A DNA stretch of 64,000 nt from Azolla caroliniana (lineage: Eukaryota; Plantae; Polypodiophyta): assembly GCA_043228905.1 (NCBI GenBank), contig JBHGNT010000012.1, positions 21,322,913 through 21,386,912 on the forward strand. The letters are read 5' to 3'. Shown here one piece after another: positions 51,433-64,000 of the stretch. Each line of letters opens with the position of its first letter. Within the stretch, counting starts at the first letter, position 1. The notes under the pieces are model-generated. The model was not told where the DNA came from. It saw only the letters and a list, made by a program, of their open reading frames with translations, and did no database searches. The position numbers and the translations under genes are program-made.

Positions 51433-52513
51433 TGGTCCAAGACCCCCGTGGTCCCGCCTCTTCCTACACGCGAACGCGAAACTTCGCAATATATTTGGTG
51501 AACCCGACGTGAAAAGGCGGCAAAGGAGTCGAAAGATGAGGGGATCGGAGCTAGCGGAGGCAATGGCGGTAGCCATCGACTGGCTAGTAAGCGCTCATAA
51601 GGGGACGAGTACCCTCAATAGAGTCGTTGAATCGATCGTCGGCACTATAGGCTGGTTCGGAGGGAAAGACGCCACAAGTTATTTGGAGGCTTATCGGGCC
51701 GAAATGATCATGAGTGATATCCCAGTGGACAGGTGGTTGTCCAGATTCCCTCGGGTGGTGACGCCGAGCATCCACGCGGAGGTGCTCGAGGTGCTGGCCG
51801 GATGCCAGACTTGGGAGGAGTTCGAGCTAAAGCTCCTCGAGAAGTACGGGTTTGACGACTCGCTTCGGCTGTCGAGAAGAGAATAAAAGGGAGGAACACA
51901 TCAGCGCTCCTCCAGGACTTCGAAAAACGGTTCGCGCGGTTGTTGACGCTGAACCGGACCGTGCTCGAAACGAGTCGAGTACTACTGTTTGTCAAGTCGG
52001 TGGACGCGCTCGAGAGGGAAAAGGTGGGTCCCCTATTGGAAACGGACGAAGGGCTCATGGCAGACTGGGCCGTGGTAAAACAAGTCTGTAGCCGTTTCGA
52101 CAAACGGCGCGATTGGAGCGACGGAAGCTCGTCGGGGTCAGGGCCGGTCCCGGCGAGGAGGCCCGAGGAGCCGGTATCAGTGCCGGCTGATAGGAAGGAA
52201 GAGACTTGAATCTGGCTAGAGTCGGGGTCGGCATCGAATGACGTGGTCAGAGGCCCATCCGGAGGAGCGGCTTTGGAGGAGCTGACACAGATGGTGCGCG
52301 ACCTGTAGATCGCACAGGCCCGGAGAGACAACGGCGAACAACCTCGCGATCGGAAGCCGCCGGCTGGGCAGCGGTGCATGTGGTGTGACGCGATCGGTCA
52401 CATTTGGAAGGATTGTGTGGATTTCGCCGACACACTCAGGACCAACGTGGTGTACCTCTAGAACGGGCGGGTGCACGCGAGCGAGACCTAGAGAGCCCTA
52501 GAACTGAATACGG
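50819..52513 (+). mobile_element. Family X copy X4: 5' LTR (50819-51491), tRNA-Trp PBS (51496-51512) and gag remnant, interrupted by X5
   Basis: TGTCGTGAAG start; TGGTGAACCCGACGTGA; gag MRGSELAEAM...CMWCDAIGHIWKDC. Confidence 0.9.
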
Positions 52514-53251
52514 TGTCGAGGTATTCCTCGCGGATGCGTGGAGTGAGGCGGGACCTCGGGGGTCCTGTACCGAAGAGTAAGAGAGAGAGAGAGAGACAGA
52601 GAGAGACAGAGACAGAGACCCACTACGTGCGAGCGTAGATTCACAGGGACACGGCCCTTTGACGCAAAGACGCAAGTGGGACAGCGACACAGAAAGACAC
52701 GAAAGTATGTATGTATTGACAAGACAAACAACAAGAACACGAAGACAACAAAACACGAAGTCGGTTACAACCGAACAGGCCGGCGAACAGATGCCGATAC
52801 CTGCTCGTAAACGCACAGAGGGGAATGAGTAGGTTGGAGGTGCTGCCGGAAGCACTCGGGCATTCCTCAGAGCAGCGCGGGCCTCCCGAAACCTGCACAG
52901 AAGGAAGCTATGGCGTTTGCAACCAGAAAGAGAGAGAGAGAGAAGCCTTTGCACGCAAACCGACAGCACTTCGTCCTCGACTCTCCGCGATCCCCTTTTC
53001 TCCTCCTCGTCTCCCTCCTTTTATAGGCTAGGAAGGAGCCGTTTCCCCCTTTACTTCCTACCTACCGAATCTGCCCGCCTAGGATCTCCTATGTACAACA
53101 TAAGGCGCACGTGCATGAAGAGCCGGTTCCTACGCTCCGGTGCACCGATTCCGCTTGTGGACGGTTTTCTTCACGACATCCACCCCCACCTAACCGCGCA
53201 TCCACCGGTATGCGCCAAATCGAGTTGGGACGGAGAAAACCGGTCCAGCCT

Positions 53252-56200
53252 TTATTCCCCACTCGTCAGTTCTTCTTCGGTTTTGGATCGTCCGTCGTCC
53301 CGATCCAGGCTATCCGGATCCGGCTCGTCGTCGTGACGCTTCTTGAACGTCTTGATCCGCTTCCCAGCTACCGGTACCGCCATTCTCGAGCCGTCGAGTT
53401 CCGCCAGATGGTACGTCCCGTTGTCGTTGGCGCTTTGTACCACGTAAGGCCCGAACCACCTTCTTGCGAATTTCCGTGTCGCTCGGTGCTGGTTGTCGAG
53501 GCTGCTGTCGTAGACTAGCACCCAGTCGCCTTCCTCGATCTTCTTCGGTCGGAGCCGGTGCGTCCGGTCGAACCGGGCTTTGTTCCTCGTCCTGGCCACC
53601 CGAAGCTTTTCCGCAGCTTGCTCCACGTCCTCCGGTCTCCGCTCGAGCTGTCGTATGCGCGCCGTCAACAGTTCCTCCCGGCTCATCTCGTCTCTCCAGT
53701 CCACGGTTGCCCATGAGGAGACCGTACGTTCGATCGGCATGATCGGCTTCTGCCCAAACATGAGCTCTGCCGGCATGAATTCGGTTACCGAACTGTGCGT
53801 AGTTCGGTCAGCCCACAACGCGTAAGGCAGTAGCCGCGGCCAGTTCCCGACTTGACCTCCGCATGCCCGAACTAACGCCTTGACGATCGGTCCGTGTCCG
53901 CGCTCCACCTTCCCATTTGCCTCTGGATTGTACGCAGTGGTAAGCGAGAGCTTGACCCCTAACCGGTCGAACAGCTCCTCGGCCTCTTCGGCGTCCAACT
54001 CCCCGCGATCAGCCACGATCTTCCCGACGCACCCGTACCGGCATATTACGTCCTCGAGCAGGAACCGACATACGGCTGTAGTCGTTTTGTTCTGAAGGGC
54101 CCGGCCTTCCACCTAGTTCGTTAGATCTTCCCGGGCCAGGACCAGATACCGCATCTGTCCTACTCCTATCGGCATCGTTACCAGGTCTACCATCCATTTG
54201 AAGTGGATGGTCGGAGGGTACGTAGGGTGAAGTTCGTCCCGGTGTCGGACTATGGAGTGCATCTGACAGCTCTCGCAAGTTGTCACGAATCGATGCACGT
54301 CCCGGTACAGTCCCGGCCACCAGTACTTCCCCTTTATCTTCTCGAACGTGGCCCAGGTTCCACGGTGTCCGGCCCAAGGGCTGTCGTGGTAGGCCGTCAG
54401 CAGCTCCTCCTGTTCTTCCTTCATCGCCACCACCCGGAGCAGAGCGTCGTCCCTCTTCTTCGGGTGCTTCCATAAGTATCCGTCCCGGAGAAAGAATCGG
54501 TAAGCTTTCTTCCGGATCCGGTTGGCCTCGTCCTTCGTCCATGACGCATCCGGCGTCATTGTCCTCAAGAATCCACCGATCTGGAGCCACTCGCCGTCGT
54601 ACTTGCTCTCGTCGAAGTCGTTAAGTGCCGGAGTGCTCCTCCCATCGGTCGTCACGTACGCCGCCTCGAAGAAGTCCACGCCGACTTCTTCGTCCTCCGA
54701 AACCATGCCGCCCTCGTCATCAAACCTCGCCCTCGAAAGCATGTCGGCCATAGCGTTGTCTTTTCCGGAAATGTGTCGTATCTCCGGGTCCAGGGACTTG
54801 ATGTACGCTATCCACCTGAGCATCGCCAGGTCCAGTGTCGCGCATCCGGAAACCATGCCGAGAATCGGCAGGCAATCCGTCCCGATAATCACTTCTGTCC
54901 CGATCAGGTAGTCTTTGTCCTCCTTTACCGCCGATACGATACCCCAGAGTTCGCGTTTAACCTGGGCGTACCCTCGCTGTCGCTCACTGAGGACCTTAGC
55001 GCCGAATCGGATCGGGAACTGGGTGCCGTCCTCGTCTTCTTGGTTGACGACCCATCCGATCCCGGTCGGGCTCGTATCCACCGTTATGTATACCGGGGTA
55101 CCCTTCTCGTAGACAGCCTTCCGGAGCGCCGGTGCTGCCGTAAGAGCTTCCTTCAGCTTCCGGACCGACCCCGTGTGCTCGTCTCGCCACTCGAATCTTC
55201 GCCCCTTCTTCAGCAACCCGTATAGTGGCTCCGCAACGTGGGCGTAATGCGGGATCCATATGTGGTAGAACGCGCATGCCCCCAGGAACCTCCGAACTTC
55301 TGTAACCGAGCTACAGTCGGTCTTCATCGTGGAGATGGCTTCTACCTTTGCCGGAGACGGCTTCCGGCCATATGGTCCACATAGGTTCCCGACCACCAGG
55401 ATTTCTGATTGCCCGAAAGCCGATTTCTCCCCGGAGAAGGTGAGCCTCGCATCCTCTAGCCTTTGTAGCACCTTCTCGCAGTCGTCGATGTGTGTTGCTA
55501 CGAATCGCCGGCATCCGTCCGGCCCGAGTATCTCGTCCTTCTCTTCCACCGGGCACCCTTTTATGGGGATGTCGTCTAGAAACGGCATGGTGATGTCCGG
55601 GATGCAATCCCTCAGTACTTTGTTCATTGCATTCACCATGTGGGCCACCGAGTTGGTCCCTCCTTGTGGCAGGGTACACATTCGCACTAGGCCGAGGGGA
55701 GTTCGCATCGTCGTAATGTCTCTGCTCTCCACGGCTAGCTGGAACTGGTCGTACCCCGAGTACAGATCACCGACCGAGTAAATCGACCTTCCGGCGAAGG
55801 CCTCCGCGAACTCGTCTATGGTCGGTCCGATTCCTGCGTTCCGAATGGTCACTCTGTTGACCGGCTGCAGGTCCTGAATGAAGCGCAATGTTCCGTTTTT
55901 CTTTGGTACGGTAAACCATCGGTTCGAGTATGGCGCGCTCGACGGTTCGAGGATACCCATATCGACTTTCTGCCTCAATAGCTCCATCAACTTCGGGATG
56001 TGAGCTCTCGGTACTGGAATCGGCTTGAGATTCCACGGTACATGCGGTACCGTGAATATCACCATCGGCTCCACGATCGTCGGGTCTATGCACCCGATCT
56101 CTTCCGGTGAGAATGCAAAGGCTTTCCCGTGCCTTCCGAGCATACTCCGAAACCGGTCTTCCTCCGCCGGCAGTAGGAACCCGCCCCCACCGATATTGAG

Positions 56201-56725
56201 CTCCCGGAGCGTTCCGTCGGTGAAGGTGTGTCCTACGCAGGCTGGATCTCGTAAACTGGGGTCCGACGCCACCCCTCTGATTCGGGACTCGCTGCCCTCC
56301 GGCAAGGGTGCCTCGACTGGCCTTACCTTCCGGTCCACAGTCTTGTACCTCGTGCTAACCCGGGCCGTCCGATCCGACCTGAGCCCCCGACTGAAGTTCG
56401 CGATGACTTCGTACATCTCTTCGGAACATACCGGTATCGTCCGGTCTTCGTTAAGGTCCTCTCCGGCTACCTTCCTCAGCATTCCCAAGGTGTCATCGAA
56501 GGAGACCGCCTCCACGACTCCGCTGATTTCCTCGTCCGGGCCGAGAACTCCGCACGCTCGAAGTCGCACTTCCGCCCTTGTCTTTTCTCGACCGACGGTG
56601 CCGACTATCATACACCCTCCATTGTTGGAGAAGCAAAATCCCCTACCTATCGTACAGTCGTGGGGTCTTTTCCGAGTGTCCGGGCTGTCTCGGCCCCACG
56701 CCTTGGCAGCCCTCTCTAAAAATCC
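53252..56725 (-). pseudogene. pol: RT-RH-IN polyprotein of X5 with a single internal stop at 54113-54115
   Basis: LPQGGTNS and FLDD in RT; TVDTS in RH; HDSPWAGH...CESCQ zinc finger; VADRGE, PEANGKVERG and RWFGPY in IN; no chromodomain. Confidence 0.93.
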
Positions 56726-57711
56726 TCCCGGCTCTCGCCACCGAGGGATTCGCGGTTTCTCTCGTGGTTCGGCCGCACCGTCAGAAATTGCACCGAATGG
56801 CGCCCGTCCTGGCTTTTGACCCTCGCGTAGGCCGAACCGTTGTCCAGCACCTTGGTCTCCATTCTCGCCGCCGTGATGTATGGTTCCCCTAATATGACCG
56901 GATGCGAGGACGTCTCCTGTACGAAGACGTGCTGGTCAATCTCGACGTCGCCGATCTTTACTCGCACATTCGGGCAGGCCCCATGCAGTTCCTCGGTGGC
57001 GCGCGTCGCCGCCCGTATCTTCCACCCGTGCCTGGTGTTGATCGGCCACTTTCCCTTCTTATAGAAGTCCATGGACATTAAGTTTATTTCCGAACCGTGG
57101 TCCACCAACGCCACCACCGGTTCCTGAACATCTCCGATCTTTACCAGGGTCTCCGTGGTCGCTCGGGCCCAGTGTGGCCTCGAATAGTGGCTCTCCACCC
57201 ACTCATCTTCCAGCGCCGAGTCGTCGATGTGCGTCGTCCGCACCTCCACCGGTCTTTCCGGTTCCGTCTCCGTCGACAGTCTCTTCCGTTTCACCAAGTC
57301 TACAATGGAGTCGTGGAACTCCTTCTTGGCGATCCCTAGCACCTCCCGTAATGACAGCTCCACTTTGTTGTCGAGGATCCGTTCTTCTAGGACCTTTCGT
57401 AGGTCCGTAGTCCTTTCTATTTCTGTCCCCAGTCGGTAGCCGCCCTTCCTGGGGTTATCTTGCGGGCCGGGCCCACCGGCATCGTTCCATCGTTGCCCGA
57501 ATCGGGTCTCGTACCGTTGTGAGGGCCCGGCCGCTCCGGCTTTCCCCACTCGTTTCTCTTCTACCAGAGCCTCGTAGTTCCGGCAAGCGACTTCTACGAA
57601 GCCCATCTTCTCCTCGACCGGATCGCTCCACCCGGTTATTTCCCGGACCCGTCTCTCAACGCGGTCCATTTCATCTTTCCTCAGCCGCGCGCCGGCGAGG
57701 CCTTCCAGCAT
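56716..57711 (-). CDS. Gag C-terminus plus aspartic protease of X5
   Basis: ALVDHGSEINLM (DHG variant of the DSG/DTG motif) and VILGEPY; ends at GAT TTT TAG. Confidence 0.85.
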   Translation of the reverse strand: MLEGLAGARLRKDEMDRVERRVREITGWSDPVEEKMGFVEVACRNYEALVEEKRVGKAGAAGPSQRYETRFGQRWNDAGGPGPQDNPRKGGYRLGTEIERTTDLRKVLEERILDNKVELSLREVLGIAKKEFHDSIVDLVKRKRLSTETEPERPVEVRTTHIDDSALEDEWVESHYSRPHWARATTETLVKIGDVQEPVVALVDHGSEINLMSMDFYKKGKWPINTRHGWKIRAATRATEELHGACPNVRVKIGDVEIDQHVFVQETSSHPVILGEPYITAARMETKVLDNGSAYARVKSQDGRHSVQFLTVRPNHERNRESLGGESREDF

Positions 57712-58218
57712 TGCCGACCAGAAACCGTCTTTACTCTTGTTAAGAGTCTATTACTAATCAATAGACCAAATCAAGTAAAAAGGAAGAAAATAGATTGGAT
57801 AGAAGAACCCGTTCCACCCGACCACCCCCGAGCTATGATCTAGACATAGCCAACCTACCACCGACGTCCCATACCGCCGGATATTAGGATGACTAATACC
57901 TTGGAAGAGATAAACACGATCGTCGAGACGAAAGCCTAGCCCGCACCACCGGTGTCTACGACAGCAGCCTTCCGACGTGATGGTCCCTATGAGGGTAGCT
58001 AAGCCTCATATTTATACCTTTTCCTAGGCCCCTTGAATAGATGTGCCTTTCTAAAAGGCTCTCTATTCATTGGTTGTCTAAATCATGATAGTGCATGCAC
58101 ATATCATTCATTCTATCCAATCATTAGTCCCCTTTTTAATAATAGTGAACATACCCTTCACTAATGTAAATATTAGTGACCTACCCTCACCAACGTTATG
58201 TGTACATAACATACTCCC

Positions 58219-61200
58219 CTACTTCAAAAGATTGCACTCTTGCAATATAAAGTGAGGAAATTGTGCCTTAAGCGAATGCTCGCGTTCCCATGTGGCATCA
58301 TCAATAGGTTTATCCATCCATTTGATCTTGAATAGCCGAATCTCTTTAGAACGTAAACGTTTAGTACGAGAATCAAGAATTCGTTCAGGGACATGAGGTT
58401 TGTAAGAAAAATCCTCTAATGTTACAAGATCTTGGATTGTGATGGTGTTATCACTAGAGCCTAAAAATGGTTTTAGACGACTGACGTGAAAAACAGGATG
58501 AATACCAACGTTACGAGGTAAGGCAAGGTGATAAGCAGATGACCCAACTCGCTTAAGGATTTCAAATGGGCCACAATATCGTGGGGCTAACTTAGCGCAC
58601 TTGCCCGTAGATAATGACGTAGAATCAGTCGGGACACGCAAAAAAACTTTTTGACCAATAGTAAATGCACGAGGACGTCTATCCTGATCAGCATAAAATC
58701 GAGCACGATCTTGAGTTGTCTTGACATTTTCTTTGGCAATATGCAACATTTGGTTCATGTCTTGCAAAAAATTGCGTGTACTATCTAATGTATCACGATG
58801 AATCGTGACATCAACTGGGGCACGTGGCTGAAAACCATACATCAACATAAAAGGACTATATCCAGTGGATGTATGTTTAGAGCTATTATAGGCAAATTCT
58901 AAGATAGGAAGGTATTGCTCCCACTTAGAAGGGGTTTTTGCTACATAAGCTCGAAGCATGTCCTCAATAATTTGATTAACTCGTTCAGTTTGTCCATCAG
59001 ACTGAGGATGATCTGCGGAACTCATGCTCAACGTAGTTTCTAGTTTCTTAAAGACCTGAGTCCAAAAGTCACTAGTAAACTTGGAATCTCGATCACTAAC
59101 AATATCCATCGGTAATCCATAAAAACGAAATAACTCATCAACAAATTGATAAGCCAACTGTTGAGCGGTTACCGTGGTTTTTGTAGGAATAAATCTAGCT
59201 AATTTTGTTAGCCTATCAATGACAACCCATATGGCATCATGACCCCTCTGTGTACGAGGTAAACTAACAATAAAATCCATCGAGATACTTTCCCATTTAT
59301 TGTTGGGAATATCTAAGGGATGTAAAAGACCAGCAGCTTTAAGTCGTTCCGACTTATTAATCTGACATTGTAAGCATTGAGTTACGTATTTATGCACGTC
59401 AGAGCGCATCTTAGGCCAGAAAAAAGTACACGAGATGAGAACGAGTGTGCGTTGTATTCCAGGATGACCAGCAGATGGTGCATCATGACATTCATGAAAA
59501 AATTTCTGTTTAACATTTGGTAAATCTGGAACACAGACCTTTCCACTACGGTAGAGCAAACCGTTTGTAATGTGAAAGGTCGCCTTCGAGGGTAGGGTGC
59601 TAGTATCGGCATCTAAACCAGATTCGGCTTTCGTCCAGTATTTTGAGAAATAACTGTCATCAAGGTATTTCCCTCGAAGGTGATCTAAAAGATCAGATTT
59701 TATTTCCGTGAAGCTAAGCATGTTAACTTCTTTAATGCGACTAAGAGCATCAGCAACGGTGTTCATAGAACCCTTGCGATATCGTATGGAAAAATCAAAA
59801 TCTTGCATAAGGTCAGCCCAACTGCCTTTACGACCAACAAGATCGGGCTGGTCACAAAAATACTTTAATGATTGATGGTCTGTTGTAACCACAAATTTAT
59901 TTCCATAGAGATAGTGCCTCCATGTTTTAAGTGCGTGTATCACCGCAAACAACTCTTTCTCTTGAACCGAATACCGAGATTGAGCAGCATCAAGCTTCTT
60001 ACTTTCAAAAGCAATAGGGTGACCACCTTGATAAAGAACTGCACCAATAGCATAATCACTAGCATCGGTTTCAATTGAGAAAGGCTTAGAAGGGTCTGGT
60101 AATAGAAGAGTGGGAGCCTGACACACATGCTCCTTGAGTGTCTCAAATGATTTGTCAAGTTGTTCATTCCATGAAATTGGTTTGACAGACTTACGCGGAT
60201 GACCTTTTAAAAGGTCAGTTAATGGCGTAGTCAATTTGGAATAGTTACGAATTGATTTTCGTAAAAATCCAACAAACCCTAAGAATGATCTAAGTTCACG
60301 AATATTACGAGGAATGGGCCAAAGTTTAACCTTTTCAATACGAGAAGGTTCAATTTCAACGCCATTTTCTGTAATTAAATGACCTAGGTACACAATAGAT
60401 TTTTGGAAGAAGTCACATTTTGAATGTTTTGCATAGAAAGAGTTGTCACGCAACTTTCGCAAAACAAATCGAACATGTTGAACATGATCTTGCAAGGTAC
60501 GGCTATATATCAAAATATCATCCAAGAAGGCGACAACAAAATCACCGAGTTGATCTCGGAAAACATCATTCATCGCTTGTTAGAATGTGGCTGGAGCATT
60601 AGTCAACCCAAACGGCATGACTAAAAACTCATAATGGCCATAGCGCGTACGAAAAGCGGTTTTAGGAATATCATCCTCGGCGATGCGAATCTGATGATAA
60701 CCAGTTCGTAAGTCAATTTTCGTAAAATATCGAGCCCCGTGCAAACGATCAATCAAATCATCGGCACGAGGTAATGGATATGCATTCTTAATTGTCATTT
60801 TATTCAAACGGCGATAATTGATACACATTCGCCACGAACCTTCCTTCTTCTTGACTAATAGAACTGGCGCACCCCAAGGTGATTTACTATACCTAATGTG
60901 GCCCATACTCAAGTATTCCTTAAGTTGTTTAGCGATCTCATCCTCTTCTAATCGACTAAGTCGGTAAGGTGGAATGCTCACAGGAGCAGCCCCAGGGATG
61001 AGTTCAATTTGATGGTCCACATTACGTTTAGGTGGTAAAGTAAGCGGTAATTCAGTAGGAAACACATCTTGAAAATCCTCTAAAATAGAGTCGAGTAATC
61101 GTTGCTCAAAATGTGGTAATTGTGTGGCGTCAATATTAAAATAATAAAATTGAACCGCAGGATCAATTACACACGAATAAATTAATGAACTAGAATACTC

Positions 61201-62622
61201 ACTTAAAGATTTAGAAGACACAAGTGAATGAGAAGGAAGTTTGGAACATTGAATAAAATGTTTACAATTATTAAGTTCAAATGTGATTGACTGATTAACC
61301 CAATCAATGGACAAAGAAGGGTTTTTATTAAAAAACCAAGGATATCCTAAAATGACATCTGCGGATTGTAATTTCATAACATGAAAGTCAAGCTTCTCCA
61401 AATAAGTATCTATTTGAATTGGCAGTTGACAAACAATGCCACTGATGTATTGAACGTTTCCATTTGCCATGTGAACTTGATAGATATGATCACTTGCGTT
61501 TATGTGGAGCTCCATTTGCTGCACAAAGTGATCATTAAGAAAATTGTGAGAACTACCGGAATCAAACAAGAAATGTGCTTGTGTTCCATTGATATATCCG
61601 ACTGCTCGGAGTAAATCATTAGGTCCAAGTAAATGTGAAGGAAAAGTGCATTCACATAAACTTAAGTGATTGGTATGAACTTCAACAATATCAAAAGACT
61701 CACCTGTGTGACTCGTAGATTTGTCTTGAGGAGGGGTGTTCATTGACTTCCTCTCAAGACGACGACAGGTATCCTTTGTGTGGCCCCACTTCTTGCAATA
61801 TGCACAGAAGAGGTTCGGTTTCTTTGAGTCGCGGTCAAGATTGTCACTGGATTGCTTACGTTTCCCAATGAACTTGACATTCGGAGTTTTGGCGAACTCA
61901 GGTTTATTGTGGTCTTTCTTGGAAGTCCTATGGTATCGCAGCACAATGTTGACGGCTTCCTCGAAAGTTGTGGGGTCCTTGTCATGGACAATCCAATGAT
62001 AATCCCCATTGGGAATACCATTCAAAAAACAAGCGACAAACCATTTCTCACCCGTAAGTCCCGATTTTTGGATCTGGGTCCGAGCGTGATGCACATAATC
62101 CTCGAGAGAGGTAAATGGCTTACTAGACAATGTGAGCAAGTGTTGCGCTTGTTCGGTTTGAGAAGGTGGCTGCAAGAATTGTTTCTTAAAAACATCAACG
62201 AAACCTTCCCAAGTTGTGGGTAAGTTTTTTGCGGTCCTTAGGCCACGCCACCAAGCAGCAGCTCGGCCACCTAACTCACGACCGACATAACCAATTTTTA
62301 CTGCATCAGGCTTGGGATGAAGCTCAAAGTGAGACTCCCAACGACCAAGCCAAGTGCTAATGGCCTCCTCAGTTCTTTCTTTCTTATCTCCCTTGAAAGG
62401 CGTGACTACGAAGGAAGGTTCACCTTCTTTCTTGGACTCAATAGTTAATTCTTGGAATTTCTTTTCCAATGCCATATTGGCCTGTCTCATTTCGGCCAAT
62501 TGATTCAAGGTAGTAGTGAGCAATTGCTCAATAGTGATCTCAGCTTGTGTGCGAGATGCGGATTGGGGTTGAGAGGTCTCATTTGGAGAGATCGTTCCAA
62601 CTGCGTTCAAAACTTGATCCAT
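58219..62622 (-). pseudogene. gag-pol: gag-pol polyprotein with group II chromodomain; one in-frame TAA at 60580-60582
   Basis: [47 protein letters not shown] and PERILD...KIKWMDKPIDDATWE. Confidence 0.93.
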
Positions 62623-63609
62623 GATGCACGTTGTGGGTATGCAATAAAATAAGGAGGTTCAGAAAATACACAAGCAAAATGAATGCTTGAAATTTTGATT
62701 GAAAGAACTTTATCCAAGAAAGTATCTCATGTCTTTACCCCTCTAGACATATGAGATGTGATTCGAGATCCGATAACTATGGTAACACTATGGTGTTTTA
62801 AAAACCATGGGGGAAAACATAGCTAAGATGTATTTCTCGGATCTCTATCTTGAGTAATCATGGCGGCTCCCCGAGGCTCAACCATGGTTCTTACATCAAT
62901 GAAATTTCCTAGATAGCCTTATATTAATGCCAACCCATCATGTATTATATGGTCGAGAAAGTGTATTACGTGAAAAAACAAGTGCACTCACAAGTAATAT
63001 TCTAGTCTTGCGAGCAATAAGCAAACGTGATGATAAAATGATAAAATAAGGCACTACTCATAAGAGTTAAGTAGTGACGAAAACAAGGGTAAAAAAAAAA
63101 GAACCCATGTGTTACCTACGAAAAAAACAATGTCCCAAATAAATGGGAAGTGCAAGGTATGCACATATACATCCCAATATGATTGTTATAACTTGCACAA
63201 TTGTGACATAAGCCACAAATTGATACAAGTGATGACGGTGTTGTGCGCAAAGATGTAATACTCAATCCATGAGTAAAACATCAATAAGGGAACTCATATG
63301 GTTTTACTCGTTTTCTAAGGCTTGATGATAAGAGTTAAACCTAGATGACCCGTTGAAAAAAAATCGTTCAACAAGCCACTCCATACGAAAAAAATAGTCT
63401 ACACGTAAAGGTTACATTAAAAATAAACGATGTAAATACTTTATACATGAAAAGGAAGTGGAAAAAGGATAGTTAATTGTGGGCGGGTAAATAATAATTA
63501 CTAGAAAATCATATAAGTGAAACAATACTTATGAAATTAAAATTTAATTAGAATAATCAACAATTAGGTGTATGGAATCAAACATGCCCTAAGATACGAA
63601 ACCCTAGGG

Positions 63610-63938
63610 TAGTTGACATGCACCTCCTCAAGACCACCACATATCCCTAGAATCGGCCAAGTAATGGCTAATTAAATAGGAAAGTGGCATAGGTAAGTGA
63701 CATATACCTCGTCAAGGCCACATCATCCCTTAGAATCGGCCAATTGATGGCTAATTAAAAAGGAAAGTGGCATATGTAAGCTACATATACCTTGTCAAGG
63801 CCACAACATCCCATAGAATCGGCCAATTGATGGCTTAATAGAGAGTAGAGTGGCATAGGTAGGCAACATACACCTCGTCAAGGCCACATCATCCCTTAGA
63901 ATCGGCCAAGTGATGGCTCAATAGAGGGGAAGAGTGGT
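63610..63938. repeat. 83-84-bp tandem repeat, about 4 copies, in the chromovirus 5' UTR
   Basis: ACCT..TCAAG.CCAC...TAGAATCGGCCAA units start near 63621, 63705, 63788 and 63871. Confidence 0.88.
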
Positions 63939-64000
63939 TTACTCAACATCATATGCAAAACGGCCATGAGATAAGCGTGTGCGATTAGAGCAAACACGCT

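Larger units (their letters stand above)
52514..57737 (-). mobile_element. Family X copy X5: 3' LTR 52514-53178, near-intact pol, gag interrupted by a chromovirus
   Basis: LTR TGTCGA...ACGACA; ORFs 56716-57711, 54113-56611 and 53252-54112. Confidence 0.93.
57738..64000 (-). mobile_element. Reina/Tekay-like chromovirus (3' LTR 57738-58211; 5' end lies beyond the window)
   Basis: LTR TGTTAA...ATAACA; PPT complement TACTCCCCT at 58212-58220; single gag-pol frame. Confidence 0.92.

Overview
The window is a gene-free block of nested transposable elements from a plant genome, probably a non-seed plant such as a fern (inferred from a Tcn1-like chromovirus and the element mix). It opens with three 178-bp satellite monomers. 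The rest is almost all LTR retrotransposons: six members of one tRNA-Trp-primed Ty3/Gypsy lineage (called family X here), two Tcn1-like copies, an Athila/Tat-like element with a large extra ORF, Reina/Tekay-like chromoviruses, two degenerate Ty1/Copia elements, solo LTRs, a hAT-type MITE and an unclassified ~1-kb hairpin-repeat element. Nesting reaches four levels (Copia > X2 > Athila-like > Tcn1). No host gene was recognised. Most notable observations: (1) family X makes 4-bp TSDs centred on CpG; (2) the Athila-like element has an inverted second tRNA-Arg primer site where the PPT should be; (3) a Tcn1 5' LTR has R-U5 inverted at a self-priming site; (4) several unrelated LTR or LTR-like ends carry outward-facing tRNA-like A/B boxes; (5) family X conserves covarying RNA structures (a -1 frameshift pseudoknot after the protease and a pre-PPT palindromic-loop hairpin). 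All coordinates were read by eye and may be off by a few bases.
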